Below the pieces are notes generated by a model. That model did not search any database. It had not been told where the DNA came from and saw nothing but the letters and a program-made list of their open reading frames with translations. The translations under genes were made by a program, and so were the position numbers. Below, piece after piece: positions 29,181 to 38,245 of a DNA stretch of 64,000 bases. This DNA comes from Candidatus Pacearchaeota archaeon. GTDB lineage: Archaea > Nanobdellota > Nanobdellia > Pacearchaeales > GW2011-AR1. Positions within the stretch are counted from its first letter, which is position 1. Each line of letters starts with the position of its first letter. The stretch lies in the NCBI GenBank assembly GCA_050124795.1, contig JASFEO010000003.1, forward strand, positions 15,622 through 79,621. Reading direction: 5' to 3'.

Positions 29181-30290
29181 ATGCACTTCCATATAATTTT
29201 AACAGAAAAATGCAACTCGCGTTGCAAATATTGTTTTGAAAAATCAATGAATGAATTTGAAAATGGTCTTGATAAAAAATGGGAATTTGATTTAGACGCT
29301 CCTATTGAATCAGTTGTGGAAATTGAAAAATTAAAAAGTTTTTTAGAAAAAGATGAAAATCCAACTTTAATTTTTTATGGAGGTGAGCCGCTTTTAAAAA
29401 TTGAAAAAATAAAAGATATAATTGATAATGTAAATGCAAGATTTTGTTTGCAGACAAATGGAAAATTACTTGATAAAATTCCTGAAAAATATTTAAAAAA
29501 ACTTTCAAAGATTTTAGTTTCTATTGACGGAGATGAAAAAATAACTGATTTTAATAAAGGTGAGGGGGCTTACAAAAAAGTAATTGAAAATATAAAAAAA
29601 ATTCGCAGGAAAGGTTTTAATGGAGAGATTGTTGCGAGGATGACAATTGCGCAAGACTTTCCTGATATTGAAAAGCAAGTAAAACATTTAATTGAATTAG
29701 GAATTTTTGATTCAATGCATTGGCAGATCGACGCTGGTTTTTATAAAAATGATTTTAATGAAAAAGAATTTTCAAAGTTTGTTGAAAGTTATAATAAATC
29801 AGTTTCAAAACTAATTGATTATTGGATTAATGAAATGGAAAAAGGAAATGTAATAAAACTTTATCCGTTTTTAGGACTATATGACAATCTTTATTATGAG
29901 AAAAAATCAAAACTTATGTGCGGGGCAGGTTATACAAATTACACAATAACAACAAATGGAAATCTAGTTGCCTGCCCGATTATGGGATGCATAAAAGATT
30001 TTTATTGCGGGAACTTAGATTCTAAAATTAAAGATTTGAAAAAAATTTATGTGGGTGTTCCCTGCACAGATTGTGAGTATCTGGATAATTGCGGAGGAAG
30101 ATGTTTGTATTCAAACTATGCAAAACTCTGGCCAAGAGCCGGAGAAAAATTAATTTGCAAAACAGTAATTCATTTAATTGAAGAGATAAAGGGAGTTTTA
30201 CCAGAAATAAAAAAATTAATTAAAGAAGGAAAAATTAAAGAAAGTGATTTTGAATATGAAAAATATTTTGGACCTGAGATAATTCCATAA
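29181..30290 (+). CDS. radical SAM/SPASM domain protein
   Basis: CNSRCKYC, FYGGEP, CGAG..CP, CTDC..CGGRC. Confidence 0.9.
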   Translation: MHFHIILTEKCNSRCKYCFEKSMNEFENGLDKKWEFDLDAPIESVVEIEKLKSFLEKDENPTLIFYGGEPLLKIEKIKDIIDNVNARFCLQTNGKLLDKIPEKYLKKLSKILVSIDGDEKITDFNKGEGAYKKVIENIKKIRRKGFNGEIVARMTIAQDFPDIEKQVKHLIELGIFDSMHWQIDAGFYKNDFNEKEFSKFVESYNKSVSKLIDYWINEMEKGNVIKLYPFLGLYDNLYYEKKSKLMCGAGYTNYTITTNGNLVACPIMGCIKDFYCGNLDSKIKDLKKIYVGVPCTDCEYLDNCGGRCLYSNYAKLWPRAGEKLICKTVIHLIEEIKGVLPEIKKLIKEGKIKESDFEYEKYFGPEIIP

Positions 30291-30343
30291 TTAATTTTTT
30301 AAACTCCAAACTCTTTTATTCATAAAATTAAAAGGAGGTTAAA

Positions 30344-30715
30344 ATGAATTTAAAGAGAGGAATTTTGTTTGGAAGTTTGCTTTGGGTTTTGATTTTTGTC
30401 TGGTGGTCAGTGTTAATATTTATCCCGGGATTAAATGAGACTCTTCAATATGTGATCCACTATTGTTTATTGATAGTCGCAGCAAGTTTTATAGCAAATC
30501 TTTATTACAGAAAAAAAGACAAGGTTAATGGATTTTTGCTTGGTTTGGTTTTCCTTGGCGCCGGGCTCATTCTTGATACAATTATTACTGTGCCTTTGTT
30601 TACAATGCCGCAGGGTGTTGGGTATTTGGATTTTTTCTTTGCCCCATTAATGCTTGTAGGTTATGCAATTTCAGTTTTGACAGTTGGAATATATGACAAA
30701 ATAATGAATAAGTGA
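30344..30715 (+). CDS. four-TM membrane protein
   Basis: Hydrophobic helices; LDTIITVP; SD GGAGGT. Confidence 0.75.
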   Translation: MNLKRGILFGSLLWVLIFVWWSVLIFIPGLNETLQYVIHYCLLIVAASFIANLYYRKKDKVNGFLLGLVFLGAGLILDTIITVPLFTMPQGVGYLDFFFAPLMLVGYAISVLTVGIYDKIMNK

Positions 30716-30757
30716 GCACAATTAATTTTTTAAATTCTTTTTTTGTTTGTTTTACAG

Positions 30758-30828
30758 GCGTGGTTAGTTTATTGGTAGAATATTTCGTTGCCAACGAAGT
30801 GAGCCGGGTTCGATTCCCGGACCGCGCA
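30758..30828 (+). tRNA. tRNA-Gly(GCC)
   Basis: Acceptor GCGTGGT/ACCGCGC; anticodon loop TTGCCAA; T-arm CCGGG-TTCGATT-CCCGG. Confidence 0.95.
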
Positions 30829-30974
30829 TAAATAATCGAAGCCTTGGGTTTTGTTTAAAACTGAAATTTCAGACGACGGAGAGTTCTTTGAACGGCCCGC
30901 GATCCCTGGCAGTGCATTTTATTTCATTTCCCGCCAGAGGCAACATTTATAAAACTAAATTTTCTTTTGTATCT

Positions 30975-32531
30975 ATGACTAAAAATAATCCTGAGCAGGA
31001 TAATGATATTCCTGAAATGAATCTTGACAGAAAGTATGATGAGAAGTCGAAGATTATTAATGAAAATCCTGAAGAGATGCAAAAGGAGATGGACAAGACT
31101 AAGAAGGAACTTGAGAAATTAAAAAATTTTATTGTAAAAAAATATCCATTTACAAAATCGCTTTCTGTTCTGCCTCCGCAGGCAATTCCGCGTTTTATCG
31201 AAGAGGAAGAAGTTCCAAAAGAGACTGAAAAATATATGCAGCTTTATATGATTGTTCCTGAAGAAAAATTAAAAGAGATCCCAAAAATGAAAACTGAAAT
31301 TGTTAAAGAAATTGAAAAATTAAAACAAAAGATTTGGCTTCAGATTAAAACTCCTGTTGATATTTGGGAAATGTGCCTGGATTCAAAGTTTGATTTGTCA
31401 AGCGCAATTGGGATGAGTTACCCCCTTTATGATAAGGCATTTTTAGGAGCATTGAGATTAGCTGAAATTCACAAGTCGCTTGTAATGCAAAAGTTTGAGA
31501 AATATGTTGTAAGTTATGTAATTGCAGGAAGTTTCCTAAGAGGAGATGCGACTAAGACTTCTGATGTTGATGTGTTTGTTGTGATTAATGATACTGATGT
31601 AAAAAGAATGCCAAGACTTGAATTAAAGGAAAGATTAAGAGGGATTATTGCAGGTGCTCATCTGCAGGAAGCAATTGCTTTGGCAGGGGTGAAAAATACT
31701 CTGCATATTCAGACTTATTTATTAACTGATTTTTGGGAAAGTGTTAAAGACGCAAACCCAGTTATTTTTACTTTTATCAGAGACGGAGTTCCGATTTATG
31801 ACAGGGGAACTTTTTTGCCGTGGAAGACTTTGTTAAAGATGGGAAAACTAAAACCTTCGCCGGAATCAATTGATATGTTTATGAAGGCTGCGGACAGAAC
31901 AAAGGAAATGATTGAGAGAAGACTTATGGATGCGATGGTGGATGTTTATTATGGAGTCTTGACTCCGTCGCAGGCTTTAATCATGCTTTATGGCGCGCCT
32001 CCACCGACACACAAAGAAACTTTGAAACTCATGAAAGAAATTTTTGTTGATAAAGAAAAAATGCTTGAAAAAAGATATCTTAACATTTTGGAAAAAGTAA
32101 TAAAACTTTACAAAGATTATGAACATGAAAGATTAAAAAAGATTTCAGGAACAGAGATTGATAAATTAGTAAAGGAGTCTGAAGATTATGTTAAGAGGTT
32201 AAAGGAACTTCGCGAGCAAATTGACAAGCGAACTCAGGAAAAAACAATTGAGCAGATTTACAAAGATGTTTTTGAATTGTTAAAAATAATTGTCGGCAAA
32301 AAATCACAAGAAAAAACAATTGAAGAGTTTAATAAAAATTTTGTTAAAAATGGCCAGTTTGCTCCGCAGGATTTAAGAATTATAAAAGATTTAGTTAGTG
32401 CGCGAAAAGATTTCAAAAAAGGAAAACTTGATTTGCATAAAGTTGACAATGCGCGAAAAAATGCAAGTATTTTAATTAATGATTTAATTGAATATAATCA
32501 ACGTTGTGAATTAAATACTAAGAAAAAATAA
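30975..32531 (+). CDS. nucleotidyltransferase (Pol-beta-like) + HEPN-like helical domain protein
   Basis: IAGSFLRGDATKTSDVDVFVVIND; helical C-terminus (QALIMLYGAPPPTH). Confidence 0.8.
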   Translation: MTKNNPEQDNDIPEMNLDRKYDEKSKIINENPEEMQKEMDKTKKELEKLKNFIVKKYPFTKSLSVLPPQAIPRFIEEEEVPKETEKYMQLYMIVPEEKLKEIPKMKTEIVKEIEKLKQKIWLQIKTPVDIWEMCLDSKFDLSSAIGMSYPLYDKAFLGALRLAEIHKSLVMQKFEKYVVSYVIAGSFLRGDATKTSDVDVFVVINDTDVKRMPRLELKERLRGIIAGAHLQEAIALAGVKNTLHIQTYLLTDFWESVKDANPVIFTFIRDGVPIYDRGTFLPWKTLLKMGKLKPSPESIDMFMKAADRTKEMIERRLMDAMVDVYYGVLTPSQALIMLYGAPPPTHKETLKLMKEIFVDKEKMLEKRYLNILEKVIKLYKDYEHERLKKISGTEIDKLVKESEDYVKRLKELREQIDKRTQEKTIEQIYKDVFELLKIIVGKKSQEKTIEEFNKNFVKNGQFAPQDLRIIKDLVSARKDFKKGKLDLHKVDNARKNASILINDLIEYNQRCELNTKKK

Positions 32532-32569
32532 TTTTAATTTTGTTTTTCACTTAAAAGAAATCTTCTTCT

Positions 32570-33291
32570 TTATTCAAATCTTTTATTTACACTTTCTCTT
32601 GTAAAATAAATTCTTGGTTTTATTCCTTTTTTAGGGTTCCCGGCATAATACCCCGGAAAAAAATCTTCAAAAGGATTTATTTCGTCGCATTCTGATTTTG
32701 CGTTTTTTAATTTTTTAATTATTTCATAACTTCCATTCATAGCTAAACCCTGCTCGCATCCACAGGCATGCAATACTTCGTGTTTTGCAACTCCGACAGG
32801 TCCGCGGGAAAACCCCTGGTCTGCAGAAAGATACATTAAAGAATGAGTCATAGTATCGACTGCCCCTGAAATTTCCGGCAATAAGGATAAACCCCATAAA
32901 TAATCCCCCAGATTTTTTTCAACAAGATATAAATTTCTATCACATGGTTTTTCAATTTTCGCCCCGCCCATGATAATTGAATCAAAAATGCTTTTGAAAA
33001 AAAATCCCCCTCTTTTAAAATCTCTTATCCATGCTACTTCAGGTTTTATGGCATAAGCTTCTAATTCTTCTTTCATTCCATTAAAAATCTTTTCTACTTT
33101 TTTATCTGAGACACCTTTTGTTTTATAGACTCCGAATCTCAAATGCATTTCAGGACCAAAGTCAATTGAGTCTTTTAATTTGTGATTTTCAAAACCCATT
33201 GTGGAACATCCTGTAATTAATGCGCTAGTTAGCAATAAACCTGGTTTCAAAAAATCTCTTCTTATATTTTATTTTCAATATTTTCTTTCAT
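32570..33291 (-). CDS. HEXXH zinc metalloprotease-like lipoprotein with twin-arginine signal; 5' frameshift
   Basis: KHEVLHACG; the frame extends upstream as IRRDFLKPGLLLTSALITGC; ATG 33291 is one base out of frame. Confidence 0.6.
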
Positions 33292-33410
33292 TTTTTAATA
33301 AACATTTTCATTAATGGAAATTTATAAACTTTTCCTTTTTGTTACTACTATAATGTTATTATTTTATTGCTCTCCAAAACTTATTTAATCTATTTTAATC
33401 TTTAAATTAA

Positions 33411-34487
33411 ATGGCAAAATACTTATTCATCTTGGGAAGAAATATTGAATTGTCTTTAGCAGAACTAAAATCTGTTTTAGGAGAATTTGAATTTGTAAAA
33501 AACAAAAACGCAATACTAACTGAACTTGAAAGTTTAGATGAAAACATAATTGACCGGCTTGGGGGGGTAATTGCAATTGGCAAAGTTATTTGTAATATAA
33601 ATGAATTAGAAAATAAAGAAATTTATTTCGGTGCAAAAAACAATTTTACATATTGTATTTGGGATTTTTCTACAGATAGTGATTTGGTTTCAGAAACATT
33701 AAAGAAAAAATTCAAACAAAATAAATTAAAAGCAAGTGAAAAAAGGATTCATGAAGAGATGCATTTGCAGGGGGAAGGCAAGGTAAAAGTTTTGAATTCA
33801 AAAAGATTGGTTGATGAAGAATATTTTGTGTTTGAAGAATCTTTTGGCAAAGTGATTAAGAAAACTAATTACAAAAGTATTGAAGAGCGGGACATGAAGA
33901 AGCCTCATCGTCGGGAATCACTTTCAATTTCTCCCCGCTTAGCAAAAATAATAATTAATTTGCCAGGTGCAAAAAAAGGTGAAACTTTGTTGGATGGGTT
34001 TTGCGGAGTTGGTGTTGTTTTGCAGGAAGCACTTTTGCAAAATATAAAAGTTGTTGGAATTGATAAGGACAAAGATGCAATCAGTTCTGCGAGGGAGAAT
34101 TTAGAATGGTTTAAATTTGAAAAACAAAATTATAAATTAATTTGCGATGATTCAGCAAAAGTTAAGATTGGGAAAGTTGGCGTGATGGTGAGTGAACCTG
34201 ATTTTGGGAAAATTTTAAGAAAAGCTCCAACAACTGAATACGTCGCAAAAGCATTAAAAGATTTTGAGAATTTAATGATAAGAGTAATTAATAATTTAAA
34301 AGCAAATATTAAAGGGAGAATTGTTTTCACTTGTCCTAATATTAAAACTATGAAAGGAAGAAAGAGTTGCGATTTTGAAAAGATTGTTAAAAAAACCGGT
34401 CTTGAGGTTATGGAAGGTTTTCCAATTTCTGAATTTAGAAAGAATAAAATTGTTGGGAGAGATGTTTTGGTTTTGGAAAGGAGATGA
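33411..34487 (+). CDS. Trm11/TrmG10-like RNA methyltransferase
   Basis: RDMKKP..SISPRLAKIIIN..LLDGFCGVG..VSEP. Confidence 0.8.
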   Translation: MAKYLFILGRNIELSLAELKSVLGEFEFVKNKNAILTELESLDENIIDRLGGVIAIGKVICNINELENKEIYFGAKNNFTYCIWDFSTDSDLVSETLKKKFKQNKLKASEKRIHEEMHLQGEGKVKVLNSKRLVDEEYFVFEESFGKVIKKTNYKSIEERDMKKPHRRESLSISPRLAKIIINLPGAKKGETLLDGFCGVGVVLQEALLQNIKVVGIDKDKDAISSARENLEWFKFEKQNYKLICDDSAKVKIGKVGVMVSEPDFGKILRKAPTTEYVAKALKDFENLMIRVINNLKANIKGRIVFTCPNIKTMKGRKSCDFEKIVKKTGLEVMEGFPISEFRKNKIVGRDVLVLERR

Positions 34488-34549
34488 TAATTTTAAAACT
34501 TATTTTTTATCACAATAATTCTTAAAAAGATTATAAAATAAAAAGATTT

Positions 34550-34813
34550 ATGTACAATCCGGATAAAGACATTTTGGAAAAAGACCCTGTTAATGCCATA
34601 ATCCAAAAAGTTCGGGGGATTATGACTAATAAAAGAATGGAGATTTTTACAGAAGATGATTACAAAAGATATGGGGCGATTTCTGAAGAGATTCTTTATT
34701 CAATGGAAAAAGTTCTTGATAATATTATTCTCGATCTGGGGGACGGAAATGTATCTGAAAGGTTTTATAATGAATTAAATAGTTTATCTAAAGAAGAATT
34801 TTATCCCATATAA
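34550..34813 (+). CDS. hypothetical protein
   Basis: 87 aa; leaderless-type TATA upstream. Confidence 0.6.
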   Translation: MYNPDKDILEKDPVNAIIQKVRGIMTNKRMEIFTEDDYKRYGAISEEILYSMEKVLDNIILDLGDGNVSERFYNELNSLSKEEFYPI

Positions 34814-35027
34814 AAACAAAAACTCTTGAAAAACTTTCTCAAGACCAACAATGTTATGATTTCGGAAATTTACTTACGAGAGGAAAGCCTCGTTTGTTAG
34901 TTTTTAAGTAAATCTCATTAGAAAATTTTTTAATTAGTAATCTTTTTAAACCACTTTTATTCATAATATTTATGGCAAGAGTAAATCCTAAAAGGATTTT
35001 CACTCATTCAATTATAGGAGTAATCAA

Positions 35028-35285
35028 ATGAAAGGAAAAGTTATTCAATTCAGGCGAGGACGAAAGACTGTTCACGAAAGGCATTTTTTAATAGAAGTGG
35101 CTGATAGTAAAACTAAAGAAGACGCTGAAAAGTTTGTTGGCAAAAATGTTGAATGGGAAAGTCCGGCTGGAAAAATTATCAAGGGAAAAATTAAATCTGC
35201 TCACGGCAACAAAGGTGTATTAAGAGCAATTTTTGAAAAAGGTCTGCCGGGGCAAGCAATTACGACGGAGGTAGAAATAAAATAA
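35028..35285 (+). CDS. rpl35ae: 50S ribosomal protein L35Ae
   Basis: FRRGR..GKI..AHGNKGVLRAIFEKGLPGQAI. Confidence 0.95.
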   Translation: MKGKVIQFRRGRKTVHERHFLIEVADSKTKEDAEKFVGKNVEWESPAGKIIKGKIKSAHGNKGVLRAIFEKGLPGQAITTEVEIK

Positions 35286-35286
35286 A

Positions 35287-35439
35287 ATGGCAGATTTATT
35301 AAAAGAAGATTCAATATTAGGATTAATTGATATGATAAGACAAAGGGGGGCTTATGAGGAAGCGAATTTACTTGAAGGGCTTTATCTTTTTACTAAGGAT
35401 CAAAAAACGCGCGAATATAATCCGGAGGCAAATAAATAA
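35287..35439 (+). CDS. hypothetical 50-aa protein between rpl35ae and rpl10e (not in ORF track)
   Basis: MADLLKEDSILG..NPEANK; exactly fills the junction. Confidence 0.6.
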   Translation: MADLLKEDSILGLIDMIRQRGAYEEANLLEGLYLFTKDQKTREYNPEANK

Positions 35440-35985
35440 ATGGCAACACTTAGAAAAGCAAATGCATATTCAAAGAGAAAGGTTACGCCTTTTACGCGGG
35501 TGAGTAAGAGGAGGCAAAAGTCGTATATTAAAGTTGTTCCTGCACAAAAGATTGTTAAGTTTGAAATGGGAAAAAATAATTTATTGAAATCAGGAAAACT
35601 CCCTTTTGTATTAACCTTAGTTACAGACGAGAAAGTTCAGATTCGGCACAATGCGCTTGAAGCATGCAGGCAGTATATTAATAAAAAACTTGACAAGGAA
35701 TTAAATGGGCAGTATTTTTTTAAAGTTATTCCTTTTCCACATCACATTCAAAGGGAGAATAAAATGCTTACAGGCGCAGGGGCTGATCGTATGCAGACAG
35801 GAATGCAATTAGCTTTTGGAAAGTCAATGGGCAAATCAGCAATTATGAAAAAAGGCGGGAAAATATTTTTTGCTGCGCTTCCAAATCAAAAGGCAGTAAC
35901 TTTCGCAAGACGAGTTTTCAAGCAGGTTAATTCTAAACTTCCCTGCAAGACAAAAATAATTTCTGAAGAAATAAAAAATAATTAA
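35440..35985 (+). CDS. rpl10e: 50S ribosomal protein L10e/L16
   Basis: QIRHNALEACR..PHHIQRENKMLTGAGADRMQTGMQLAFGK. Confidence 0.96.
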   Translation: MATLRKANAYSKRKVTPFTRVSKRRQKSYIKVVPAQKIVKFEMGKNNLLKSGKLPFVLTLVTDEKVQIRHNALEACRQYINKKLDKELNGQYFFKVIPFPHHIQRENKMLTGAGADRMQTGMQLAFGKSMGKSAIMKKGGKIFFAALPNQKAVTFARRVFKQVNSKLPCKTKIISEEIKNN

Positions 35986-36209
35986 ACTTTTAATTGATAA
36001 TTCTCGTCATAAAATTGCCGACGATAGATCCTTGCTTCTTCTTTAGTTAAATAACCAAAATTTTCAAAACGAAAAACAGCTGCTCGAAAAATATTTTCTT
36101 TTTTTAATCTTTTAAAGTAAGGAAGTTCTCTGATTCTTTGCATTTCCGTATAATCACAAATATTTTTCTCGCTCCATTCATTTAAATTTCCCGCAAATAT
36201 TTTTTTCAT
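35982..36209 (-). CDS. hypothetical protein
   Basis: 75-aa ORF. Confidence 0.5.
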   Translation of the reverse strand: MKKIFAGNLNEWSEKNICDYTEMQRIRELPYFKRLKKENIFRAAVFRFENFGYLTKEEARIYRRQFYDENYQLKV

Positions 36210-36274
36210 TTTTGTTAATCCTTTAGTAGTAACAGAATAGAAAGGTTTATAAAGTTTGTGTTTTGATAAATTTC

Positions 36275-37300
36275 ATGAATTTGTATGATTATATTACAAT
36301 CGGGGCAGGAGCAGTTGCAAGTGGAGTTGCGATTTATCAATATGCTACAGGTGGTTGGCCATTTGAAGAATTTCCAGAATATGGCTGGTATATTGTAGAG
36401 TCCTGGAGAGAAAGAATCGCTACCCCAAAAGAAGGTCCGGATACTCACACCCTTATTCGTCCATTTTATAGAAAAAAATTAGATAAAGATGGAAATCCAA
36501 TAGTTGTTCCTAAGGGAGTTCAGGAAGAAGAAATCCCTAATTTAAAATTTCTTTCAGCAAAAAATTATCAGGGAACTTTAACTCTTGAATATCGTTGGTT
36601 TGTTGACACTCCTGAAGGGGCAAATGATTTTTATTTTCGTTCAAATGCAGAACCAGATCAGATTGATAATTTCATTAAAAGAAGAACCTCTCAGCTATTA
36701 GCAGGAGTAGACCCTAAGATTTTAGGATCAAAACAAGAAGAACTTTCACAATCTCTTTATTTATATTTTGATGGGGGAGAAGGAGAAAAAGGACTTCTTT
36801 ACGAAAAAACAGGGGTGCATCTTGATTCCCTGAGCATTTCAGAAGTTCAGTGGGATCCTAAATCATGGGAGGTATTGATGATGGAAGAAAAAGCAAATAA
36901 AGAAGTTGCACAGCAGGCAACTCAATCAGAAGGACCTGTAAGGAGTTGGGATGCAATCTATGCCAGACTAAAAAAATCATCTGAAGAAAAAGGTTATAAT
37001 TTCTCTGATGAAGAATTAATTCAAAGAACAGATAAGATGTATGATGATCAAAGAATCTTTGAATATACTCAAAATAGTGCAGGAGTTATTTTAGATACAC
37101 GAAGAGGAGATTATCATGATAGAATTACTCCAATACCCCCAAGAAGTTCACCTCAATCACCGTCGCCAAATTCACAAAATAGTTCACAAAATGATTCAAC
37201 AGAAAGTCCTCAAGAACCAAGACCTCAAAACCTCGACGATATTATAAGAAATAGTGATAATAAGGCAAGAGTAAATTTTATATTAAAGGATAGTGAGTAA
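36275..37300 (+). CDS. membrane-anchored protein, possibly divergent SPFH/band-7
   Basis: N-terminal TM; YIVESW..EGP; TGVHLDSLSISEV; Pro/Ser-rich tail. Confidence 0.5.
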   Translation: MNLYDYITIGAGAVASGVAIYQYATGGWPFEEFPEYGWYIVESWRERIATPKEGPDTHTLIRPFYRKKLDKDGNPIVVPKGVQEEEIPNLKFLSAKNYQGTLTLEYRWFVDTPEGANDFYFRSNAEPDQIDNFIKRRTSQLLAGVDPKILGSKQEELSQSLYLYFDGGEGEKGLLYEKTGVHLDSLSISEVQWDPKSWEVLMMEEKANKEVAQQATQSEGPVRSWDAIYARLKKSSEEKGYNFSDEELIQRTDKMYDDQRIFEYTQNSAGVILDTRRGDYHDRITPIPPRSSPQSPSPNSQNSSQNDSTESPQEPRPQNLDDIIRNSDNKARVNFILKDSE

Positions 37301-37355
37301 TTACTTAGTAGTAACAAACCAAAAGATTTAAATACTTGAACAACTTAAATAAATC

Positions 37356-38033
37356 ATGGCAGAAGTAATACCAATGAAAAAGAAAGAAGAATTAACTGAA
37401 AGAGATATTGCTAAAAAGACTCTTGAGTCTAAATTTTGGCAGAATATTTATGGAGCTAATAGTTATGAACTTGGTGTAAAAAATGGAGAGATAGCAGGAG
37501 ACCCTGGGTTAACAGGGGCATATGATGCAGTTTTAGGAAGTGAAGAAGCTTCAAAATTAAGAGAACAAACATATGTTGCCAGAAAGAAAGCTTACGAAGA
37601 AGCAGGAATTGCAGGAGAACCGGCAATGCCTTCAAATGCAGATGTTGTTTATGGAGGGATGGGGGATATTCGAAATAGTCTTCAACTTGTTGGATTAGAG
37701 GACTTATATGAGATTATGACAAAAATAGATCCCACTATAAAAAAATATTCTCTTCCTGAAAAAGGGCTTGAATTATCTTTAGCAGATATTTATGTGAAAG
37801 CAGAGAAGGATGGAGCACTTGTTAGGGAAGAAGGAAAGGAACCAAAATTGGATTTTGAAAAATTAAGCCCGGAATATCAGGAGGCACTAATTTCATTAAA
37901 TGAATTGCAAACAAGGTATCAAGAAAGCTGCCAGGAATCATTAAGAAGAGAAAGAAAAGAATCTACTCTTGAGGCATTGAGCAGGCAAAGACATGAACAG
38001 TTTCATCCTAAAGAAGAAAAACAGGCTGCTTAA
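37356..38033 (+). CDS. hypothetical protein
   Basis: 225 aa, own promoter. Confidence 0.7.
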   Translation: MAEVIPMKKKEELTERDIAKKTLESKFWQNIYGANSYELGVKNGEIAGDPGLTGAYDAVLGSEEASKLREQTYVARKKAYEEAGIAGEPAMPSNADVVYGGMGDIRNSLQLVGLEDLYEIMTKIDPTIKKYSLPEKGLELSLADIYVKAEKDGALVREEGKEPKLDFEKLSPEYQEALISLNELQTRYQESCQESLRRERKESTLEALSRQRHEQFHPKEEKQAA

Positions 38034-38038
38034 TTAAA

Positions 38039-38245
38039 ATGACAAAAAATAGAAATTTAAAACTTGAAAAAATCGCAAAATGCGCAGGAGCTTTGTTAGT
38101 CAATGGGATTATGTATTCACTTTATTCTCTTACAACTATTTTTAATTCTTCTTTTAGAGATACTCAGGATTTAGAAAGAGGAATGGATGAAAGTTATCAG
38201 GCAATATCCGAAAAGTTTGAGAATATTCGTGGAAGATCTTATTGA
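38039..38245 (+). CDS. hypothetical protein
   Basis: 68 aa; starts at TAATTAAAATGACAAA. Confidence 0.5.
   Translation: MTKNRNLKLEKIAKCAGALLVNGIMYSLYSLTTIFNSSFRDTQDLERGMDESYQAISEKFENIRGRSY

Noticed and set aside
34878-34892. GAGGAAAG resembling RNase P RNA CR-I
   Set aside because: The context is short and AT-rich and lacks the other conserved RNase P regions.
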